A program made the position numbers and the translations under genes. Below the pieces are notes generated by a model. That model searched no databases. It was not told the origin of the DNA and saw only the letters and a program-made list of their open reading frames with translations. 64,000 bases of DNA from Rhodothermales bacterium. GTDB lineage: Bacteria; Bacteroidota; Rhodothermia; Rhodothermales; Bin80. The DNA is taken from NCBI GenBank assembly GCA_022821875.1, contig JAJECV010000005.1:365-64364 (forward strand), read 5' to 3'. Positions 57,314-64,000 of this stretch are shown piece after piece; position 1 is the first letter of the stretch; every line of letters starts with the position of its first letter.

Positions 57314-60300
57314 TTAATACCGCAGCACCCCTCGTGCATTCACGCCGATGTTTTTCAGTGCAGCTTCGCGAACCTGCCCCAGACCAAAGACCGAGAAGGA
57401 CAGCCGCTCCCACGGACGGAGTTCACCGCCCAGCCGGTACATCCTTCCCTGCTGCGCCTGGGTCACACCGATGACCGACCGCAAGGTGCCTTCTTTCCAC
57501 GGGATCCCGTACCCCAGTTCCAGTTCCGTCCGATGGGAATTCGCTCCCGTCGGTGCGGCATCCAGGATCGTCTGCTGCCGGTACATGGACATTCTCTGAT
57601 CGCGTCCCCATGATGGACGCAGACGCATCATCGGTCCTTCCCTGCTGCTGCCCATCTGCAGGGCCCCCGACAGGCCCCACTCGGTGAACCCCTCTGCGGT
57701 ATGCATGATCAGACCCTGTGTGCGCACCTCTGCCTGCAGGTGCCATGCCGGATAGTGAGCCCGCAGCCCACCGCCCAGTTCCAGCCCGGTGCCCGTCTCT
57801 GCACTCCCGCCATCCTGTCTGACATTCACTTCCACATAGGGACGGATGCCGCTCACGATGTGTGCACTGGCTTCCACACCTGCCCGGATCCGGTACACCT
57901 CTGCGGCAATATTGTGCTCTGCGATTTCTGCCCCGGTCACCAGGATATCCCCCTGATAACTGAGTCCAATCCAGCGCCCCCTTGCCAGCGTTCCCCGCAT
58001 TCCCGCTGCCCCGAACCGGGAGACCATATCTCCTTTCAGTTCCCGTACCTCTGCCTGCCCGCGTCCTGCTCCGCCGGCCAGCCATAGATCCCATCCTGAA
58101 CGTGTATACGACACATACGGATAGACTCCGGTCAGTCCTGCGGTAATCTCGCCAGACTGTGCAGCCACCTCAAACGACCCATCTCCCTGACTGTGTGCAA
58201 GGAGCACACCGGCCAGCCATCCTCCTTTCCATCGGTAATCTGCACCCAGCATTCCCGTTGTCACCTCTCCCTGAAGGGTGAGTGCGTTCTCTCCCTTTCC
58301 ATTGAACTGCCGGAATGCGCCCTGTCCCCATACGCTGAACGATCCGCTGGACAGGGGCAGGCCTTGCGACATGCGGCAACCCGCAAGAAGTTCGCCTAAT
58401 GACGGATCCCAGGAAGAAGCCGAGTGCCAGAGCTGCGCCGTCTCTGCACGCTGCATTGCGCCGCACACGGCCCCATCTGCTGCCGAGCGGAACCGGTCTC
58501 CGAGCGCCTCCACAATCTGTATTGAGGCGGTCCGCACAAACCGCGCCGTATACGCCTCCAGAATTCCCTCGCTGACCGCTGTGGACTCCTGAATGGTTGC
58601 CACACCCACCGCTTTTTCAATCTCTGCGTTCTCTGAAGACATCAGATGCAGACTGAAGGTTTCTTCCTGCCAGTCCAGCCCGTCTTTCAGAATCGGTACC
58701 GCAATCATGACCTCGATGGTTCCCGGAGCCAGCGTTACCATGCCGGAGGTCGCTTCATAGTCTTCCCCTGCCTTGGCCGTCCCATCACGGGTCTGGTATT
58801 CTGCCGATACCATTTCAGACTGCGGATGCGACAGCGACACCCGGAACCGGACCCTGCCATCCTCTTCAAGCACCAGCGCATCGTCTACACGAAGCTTTGC
58901 ATTTCCGTCATTATCCATGATTGTACCGATCCCGACCCCGCGGTCAATCTGCACATTTGCACTCGGATTGGACAGGATAACATGGAACGTCTCATCCTGC
59001 TCTGGCACTTCATCATCAATGACCGCAATCTCCACTACGCCGCGGGTTGCGCCGGGATCAAAGATCACCACCCCGCGGGAGGCCGTATAGTCGACTCCGG
59101 CCACGGCCGTTTGATTGGATGTTGCATACTGCACGGTCACGATGTCCTCGGCAGGCCGGTTCAACTGGATGCGCAACTGGAGGTGTTCTTCGTTTTCGAG
59201 TCCGGACTGATTGAGGATGGAGACCATCAGCGGCGCTTCGTCATTGTCAATAATTGTGACCAGCGTGGTATGCGTCTCGTTGTACCCTCCTCCAGAGGCC
59301 GTGATTGCCAGAGGGATTTCATCATTCGTATAATCCGCATCATCCTCTGCGGCGGTCAAGGTCACCGTCTGCGGAACATTCCAATCTGTGCGGGTGAAGG
59401 TAAGTGAGGTTTGATCCAGACTCAAGTCCGTCCCCGCATATCCAGCCATGTCCACCGTCACATTCCCCGATGGCTGTGCCAGAAGATGGACCGTGAAGAC
59501 ATCCGTGCTCCCTTCCATGACCGTGACTTCGTCCGCCGCCGTGATCCCTCCCGCATCATTGTCGATGACCGTTACCTCGACCTCATGCGTGACCCCCGCA
59601 TATTCGCCCCCGCCTGCACTCAGCGTGAGCGTCTCGGTGTCCGTGAAAAAATCATCATCTTCTGCCGCCGTCAGCGTGATCTGCTGCGGCGTGCTCCAGT
59701 TGCCGGGCGTGAAGGTCAGCCGGATCGGGAACGCGGTGAGGTCCCCCACTGCCCGTGGAATTGAGAGCATCACCTCACCGGAAGCCGCGACGACAAGGGC
59801 AACTTCGAAGGTTGCCGATCCGCCTTCTGTCATCGTCACTGCAGCCGGTGCGTTGATGCCTGGAAGATCATTTTCGATAATGGTGACCTCCACCGTTTCG
59901 GTAATTCCGGTGTACCCGCCTCCAACCGCCGTCAGGGCCACGGTCACCACCGGATCCGGTACACGATCTGGATCGTCCGCCGCGCGGAGTGTCACCTGCT
60001 GCTTCACCTGCCAGTTGTCCGGCGTGAAGATCCGCCGGACGGGGGTGACCGTCAGATCCGTGCCCGCCGGCCAGTTCATTTCGACCGTCACCTCACCTTC
60101 CGGCTCTGAGGTCAGCGAGAACTCCAACGTCTCGGATGCTCCCTCCAGCACGGATACCGCGGTCGGCACATCCATCCCCGCCTGATCATCGTCCAGAATC
60201 ATCACCTGAACGGAGGTCGGATCTCCTGCCACCACCCTGGATGGCAATTCCCCGAAGGTCACTGTAAACGCTTCATCCCCTTCATCCACCGCATCGGGGG

Positions 60301-63300
60301 TGGTTGCAATCGTATAACTGCCGATTTCTTCTTCCGCGTTGATCTGCACGGCAACCGGAACCGGAGCCGCATAATCCCGGGCATCCGTGCTCACATCCGT
60401 CAGCACCAGTGGAATCGTCAGATCGCTGGAAATATCCTTATCCTCCGGCAGACTGACCGTCACCGTCACCTTCTCCCCCTCTTTCACATTCACCGGATCC
60501 ACTGACAGGCGTACTTCAACCGGCGGCGGCGTATCATTATCCAGGATCCTGATCTCTGCCGAAGCCTCGCTGCCCATCTCTACCCGGTCCGGCAGCTGAC
60601 CTGCTGCAATCACCACCGTAAACATCTCCTCATTCTCCGCAAATTCATCGTCAACGGTCTGTAATTCGCCTGATGCCGTCAGCGCTCCACCGGGAATCAG
60701 AATGCTCTCAACTTTCACATAATCCCCATCCTCTGCCGGGTCAGGAACTCCCGGAGTGTACGCCAATGGAATCGTGACATCGGTATTGCGGGATCCCGTC
60801 ATCGTCACCGTGACGGTCACTGAGTTCCCCTCCTCCACCGTCTGGGGAGATGCCGACAAGTTCACCGCCACCGGCATTTTATCATCATCCACAATCGTGA
60901 CCGCGACCTCGGTCGTGAGTCCCGTATACTCAACCCCTGAAGCCGTTAAGCGCAGCGTCACCTCCTCATCCAGGATGTCCATGTCCTGCTCAGCGGTCAG
61001 GACTACCGGACGGGGGATCTCGTAGTTGCCGGGCGTGAACGTCAGTTGCAGCGGAACCGGCGGTGTACCGGCCAGATCGGTGCCCGCATACCCGCTCACC
61101 TCCACCGTTACATCGGCGGACGGCGCATCGCTCAGCGATACATTAAAGGATGCCCGCGCTCCCTCAATCACCGTAACCGCGACAGGGTTCGCCACAATCC
61201 CCGCCCGATCATTATCAATGATCGTCACCTCCACCTCGGCGCTGAACTGATTATATTCCGCGCCCGAGGCGGTTAAGGTCAGGGTCACGGCATCATTGAG
61301 AATGTCTGCATCCTGCGCCGCCGTTACGATCACCGGCTGCGCCGCATTGTAATTCTGCGGGGTAAACGTCAAATTCAGCGGACTCGGCGGTATATCTTCC
61401 AGATCTGTGCCTGCATACCCCCTCACTGCCACCGTCACATTCGCCGAAGGTGCATCGCTCAGTGACACATTGAAGGTCTCCGTACTGCCCTCAATAACCG
61501 TGACCGCGCGGGTATTCACCGCAATGTCTCCTGTATTCCTGTCCGTGATCGTGACCGTTATCCCGAAACTCATTCCGTCATATTCCGCCCCCGAAGCCGT
61601 CAATGTTAGCGTCTCCATGTCATTCACGATGTCCACATCCGCCGCCGCCGTTAAGGTCATCGTCTGCGGCGTGCTGTAGTTCTCCGGTGTAAAGGTCAAC
61701 ATCAGCGGATCCGGCGGCACCGCCTCCAGATCCGTTCCTATATGCCCCCTTAGCGTCAGGGTCACCGCAGCACTCGGTGCGGCACTGAGCGATACATCAA
61801 AGTCCCTGCTGCTCCCCTCGTCCATGGTGATCACCGCCGGAGCGCGGATCTCTCCCGTGTCATTGTCGGTAATGGTGACACGGATTTGTGAGAGGAGGCG
61901 GTCATATTCCGCCCCCGAAGCCGCCCATATCAGTGTTACTTCATCATGCAGAATATCCTCATCCTCCGCGGCCGTCAGGGTCACGGTCTGCGCCGCACTG
62001 TAGTTCTCCGGCGTAAAGGTCACACGCAGCGGATCCGGGAGCGTATCTTCCAGATCCGTCCCTGCATACCCGCTGAGTACCAGAGTTACCTCATCGCCCG
62101 GTGCATCGCTCAGCGATACATCAAAGGTCGCCGTGCCGCCCTCATTCATGGTGAGCGCAGACGGAAGCCGGATCGTTCCCGTATCCATGTCGGTAATCGT
62201 CACCTGGACGGCCGCACGCGCTCCGTCATATTCCGCACCTGATGCCGCCAATGTTAAGGTGACTGCATCATCCATGATATCCCCGTCCGACCCCGCCTTC
62301 AGCGTCACCACCTGTGCCACATCATAATTCGCCGGCGTAAATCTCAGGATCACGGGATCGGGGGAATCTGCACCATCCAGATCTGTCCCCGCATGACCGC
62401 TGAGCGTCAGGACTACCGCCGCCGACGGCGCACTGCTCAGCAATACCTCAAAGGTCGCCGTGCTCCCCTCGTTCATCGTAAGTGCACCGGGAACGAGAAT
62501 CTCTCCCTGATCATTATCCACAATGGTGACCGTAATTTGCGGGGTAAGCCCATCATAGTCCGCACCCGAAGCCGTCAGCGTCAGGGACAAGGTCTCATTC
62601 ACGATATCCTCGTCCTCACCTGCCGTCAGCGTCACGGTCTGTAATGCACGCCAGTTCGTCTCATCAAACTGCAGCACGTTTGGTACGGGCGGCTGATCCT
62701 CCAGATCCGTTCCCCTGTAGCCGCTGAGGGTCAGCGTCACAGCTCCTGCCGGCATCGTGCTCAGCGATACATCAAAGGTCGCCGTGCTCCCCTCCTGGAT
62801 TGTTACCGCAAGCGGCGTAACCTGAACTGCCGCCTCCTCATCATCCAGAACCGTCACCTCCACCTCGGCTTCTGCGTCCGCATACTCCGCCCCTTCGCCC
62901 GCCAGATTCAATGTTATCACTTCATCCTGTGCATCTTCATCCTCTGCTGCCCAAAGTGTCACCACCTGTGCAACATTCCAGTCCGCACCTGTATAGGTCA
63001 GAACCGTTGGACGGGGTGAGCCCGTGCTTTCCACCGCCGTACCTGCATACCCTGTGATCCGGACCGTTACCGTATTCGACGGTGCCGCGCTCAGCACTGC
63101 GTTAAAGGTCCCGGCAGTTCCCTCGCTGATCTCCACCATGCGTGGTGTGGCTATAATCGTCGCCTCATCATCATCTTTGATCGTCACCGGAACCTCCGTC
63201 ACGGCATCCGCATATTCCGCCCCTGCACCGGAAAGTGTCAACGGGATCATTTCGTCGCGCAGGTCATCATCCTGCCCGGCGGCCAGGGTCACGGTCTGCG

Positions 63301-64000
63301 CGGTATCCCAATTCGCCGGTGTAAACTCCAGGGTCGCCGGATCTGGAGAGGTTACATCCAATTCTGGTTCTGCATGACCATGGACGGTCACCGTGACCGC
63401 CGCACCTGGGGCCGCGTTCAGGGCCACTTCAAAGGTCGCCGTGCTGCCTTCATTCACCTCCACCGCACTGGGTATGGCCGTGATTGTCGCCTCGTCATTA
63501 TCTTCAATCCTTACCAGCACCCCGGCGGTTATATCCTCGTATTCTGCGCCTCCGGCCGTCAGTGTTAAGGGCACCTCTTCATCCAGCGGATCTGCATCCT
63601 CTGCGGCCGTTAAGATTACCTCCTGTGCCACACTGTAGTTCTCTGACGTGAACGTCAATTCCACCGGATCCGGCGGCGTATCTGCCAGATCTGTCCCTGT
63701 GTGGCCGCTGACCGTGATAATCACCTCCGCACTCGGAGCGGCACTCAGTGCAACCGCAAATCCGGCGGTGCTGCCTTCGGTAATCAACACCGTATCAGGA
63801 GCACGGATTGCGCCCGCATCATTGTCTGCAATCGTCACCCTCACCAGTTCCGTCCTGCCTTCGTACTGCGCACCTTCCGCCGTGAGCGTCAACACTGCCA
63901 GATCATTCATAATATCCTCATCGTCCTCCGAGGCGGTCAGCGTAATGGCCTGTGCCGTACGGAAGTTGGACGGCGTAAAGGTTAAGGTCAGCGGATCCGG
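57314..64000 (-). CDS. Giant surface protein, 5' end outside the window: tandem Calx-beta-like modules + type Va autotransporter beta-barrel
   Basis: The reading frame stays open to nt 64000 (the M at 63910 is internal to a repeat). It holds at least 12 copies of a ~108-aa module, 2 variant modules and 2 canonical Calx-beta domains (AVAGVDYTASRGVVIFDPGATRGVVEIAVIDDEVPEQDETF; AKAGEDYEATSGMVTLAPGTIEVMIAVPI). A helical linker and a ~300-aa barrel follow (FSVWGQGAFRQF...GMLGADYRW...ELELGYGIPW...NARGVLRY). Confidence 0.85.
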   Translation of the reverse strand, partial: PDPLTLTFTPSNFRTAQAITLTASEDDEDIMNDLAVLTLTAEGAQYEGRTELVRVTIADNDAGAIRAPDTVLITEGSTAGFAVALSAAPSAEVIITVSGHTGTDLADTPPDPVELTFTSENYSVAQEVILTAAEDADPLDEEVPLTLTAGGAEYEDITAGVLVRIEDNDEATITAIPSAVEVNEGSTATFEVALNAAPGAAVTVTVHGHAEPELDVTSPDPATLEFTPANWDTAQTVTLAAGQDDDLRDEMIPLTLSGAGAEYADAVTEVPVTIKDDDEATIIATPRMVEISEGTAGTFNAVLSAAPSNTVTVRITGYAGTAVESTGSPRPTVLTYTGADWNVAQVVTLWAAEDEDAQDEVITLNLAGEGAEYADAEAEVEVTVLDDEEAAVQVTPLAVTIQEGSTATFDVSLSTMPAGAVTLTLSGYRGTDLEDQPPVPNVLQFDETNWRALQTVTLTAGEDEDIVNETLSLTLTASGADYDGLTPQITVTIVDNDQGEILVPGALTMNEGSTATFEVLLSSAPSAAVVLTLSGHAGTDLDGADSPDPVILRFTPANYDVAQVVTLKAGSDGDIMDDAVTLTLAASGAEYDGARAAVQVTITDMDTGTIRLPSALTMNEGGTATFDVSLSDAPGDEVTLVLSGYAGTDLEDTLPDPLRVTFTPENYSAAQTVTLTAAEDEDILHDEVTLIWAASGAEYDRLLSQIRVTITDNDTGEIRAPAVITMDEGSSRDFDVSLSAAPSAAVTLTLRGHIGTDLEAVPPDPLMLTFTPENYSTPQTMTLTAAADVDIVNDMETLTLTASGAEYDGMSFGITVTITDRNTGDIAVNTRAVTVIEGSTETFNVSLSDAPSANVTVAVRGYAGTDLEDIPPSPLNLTFTPQNYNAAQPVIVTAAQDADILNDAVTLTLTASGAEYNQFSAEVEVTIIDNDRAGIVANPVAVTVIEGARASFNVSLSDAPSADVTVEVSGYAGTDLAGTPPVPLQLTFTPGNYEIPRPVVLTAEQDMDILDEEVTLRLTASGVEYTGLTTEVAVTIVDDDKMPVAVNLSASPQTVEEGNSVTVTVTMTGSRNTDVTIPLAYTPGVPDPAEDGDYVKVESILIPGGALTASGELQTVDDEFAENEEMFTVVIAAGQLPDRVEMGSEASAEIRILDNDTPPPVEVRLSVDPVNVKEGEKVTVTVSLPEDKDISSDLTIPLVLTDVSTDARDYAAPVPVAVQINAEEEIGSYTIATTPDAVDEGDEAFTVTFGELPSRVVAGDPTSVQVMILDDDQAGMDVPTAVSVLEGASETLEFSLTSEPEGEVTVEMNWPAGTDLTVTPVRRIFTPDNWQVKQQVTLRAADDPDRVPDPVVTVALTAVGGGYTGITETVEVTIIENDLPGINAPAAVTMTEGGSATFEVALVVAASGEVMLSIPRAVGDLTAFPIRLTFTPGNWSTPQQITLTAAEDDDFFTDTETLTLSAGGGEYAGVTHEVEVTVIDNDAGGITAADEVTVMEGSTDVFTVHLLAQPSGNVTVDMAGYAGTDLSLDQTSLTFTRTDWNVPQTVTLTAAEDDADYTNDEIPLAITASGGGYNETHTTLVTIIDNDEAPLMVSILNQSGLENEEHLQLRIQLNRPAEDIVTVQYATSNQTAVAGVDYTASRGVVIFDPGATRGVVEIAVIDDEVPEQDETFHVILSNPSANVQIDRGVGIGTIMDNDGNAKLRVDDALVLEEDGRVRFRVSLSHPQSEMVSAEYQTRDGTAKAGEDYEATSGMVTLAPGTIEVMIAVPILKDGLDWQEETFSLHLMSSENAEIEKAVGVATIQESTAVSEGILEAYTARFVRTASIQIVEALGDRFRSAADGAVCGAMQRAETAQLWHSASSWDPSLGELLAGCRMSQGLPLSSGSFSVWGQGAFRQFNGKGENALTLQGEVTTGMLGADYRWKGGWLAGVLLAHSQGDGSFEVAAQSGEITAGLTGVYPYVSYTRSGWDLWLAGGAGRGQAEVRELKGDMVSRFGAAGMRGTLARGRWIGLSYQGDILVTGAEIAEHNIAAEVYRIRAGVEASAHIVSGIRPYVEVNVRQDGGSAETGTGLELGGGLRAHYPAWHLQAEVRTQGLIMHTAEGFTEWGLSGALQMGSSREGPMMRLRPSWGRDQRMSMYRQQTILDAAPTGANSHRTELELGYGIPWKEGTLRSVIGVTQAQQGRMYRLGGELRPWERLSFSVFGLGQVREAALKNIGVNARGVLRY
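58607..64000 (-). repeat. Coding tandem repeats, period ~324-330 bp
   Basis: Recurring protein strings EGSTATF.V.LS.APS..VT..LSGYAGTDLE...P.PL.LTFTPENY...Q.VTLTAAED.DI..D.VTLTLTASGAEYD....V.VTI.DND. Modules 4-9 (nt ~60880-62840) are the most alike. Confidence 0.85.

Noticed and set aside
58646-60185. 253-aa and 245-aa plus-strand ORFs, and many 60-130-aa ORFs, across 57.3-64 kb
   Set aside because: They are antisense or frame-shadow products of the repetitive GC-rich adhesin gene. Their own periodicity simply mirrors the coding repeats.
58607-64000. Regular ~325-bp periodicity considered as a CRISPR or other non-coding array
   Set aside because: The period is far too long and there is no repeat/spacer alternation. 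One uninterrupted reading frame runs through it, encoding recognisable protein modules.

Overview
This is a 64-kb chromosomal segment, most likely from the Bacteroidota/Rhodothermota/Balneolota (FCB) lineage. The lineage markers are two T9SS C-terminal sorting domains, a type III glutamine synthetase, a long NagB-LmbE fusion, a short GlgA-like + DUF4270 pair, and a GWxTD protein. I call about 50 CDS, mostly housekeeping (asnS, eno, sucC, lon, rsgA, pssA/psd, lptD-like, lptF/G-like, msrA, ROK kinase, ftsB-like). There is one tmRNA (ssrA) and one unlisted 31-codon bS22-like ORF. I found no rRNA, tRNA or CRISPR array. The only clearly accessory DNA is ~20.8-25.9 kb. It lies between an intact sugar-phosphate isomerase gene and a decayed duplicate of that gene's 5' end. 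It holds ~650 bp of non-coding DNA, an internally deleted and frameshifted IS200/IS605-type tnpB, a 984-aa protein joining an uncharacterised N-terminal domain to a gamma-class N6-adenine methyltransferase and a target-recognition-like C-terminus (type IIG-like), and a second truncated copy of the tnpB 5' end. Other items worth a second look: a Tat-Gfo/Idh/MocA - ApbE - Tat-Gfo/Idh/MocA - membrane HdrED-like Fe-S operon with no visible flavinylation target; a bacterial homologue of the eukaryotic tRNA-queuosine mannosyltransferase (GTDC1/DUF3524) translationally coupled to a small basic ORF; an iodotyrosine-deiodinase-like nitroreductase that keeps the Glu/Tyr/Lys substrate triad; an AsnRS with a ~60-aa charged insertion; and a gene of more than 2200 codons (5' end outside the window) encoding at least 12 tandem ~108-aa Calx-beta-like modules, 2 variant modules, 2 canonical Calx-beta domains and a type Va autotransporter barrel. 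All calls come from reading the sequence and ORF translations by eye. No searches were run, and identity figures are hand counts.
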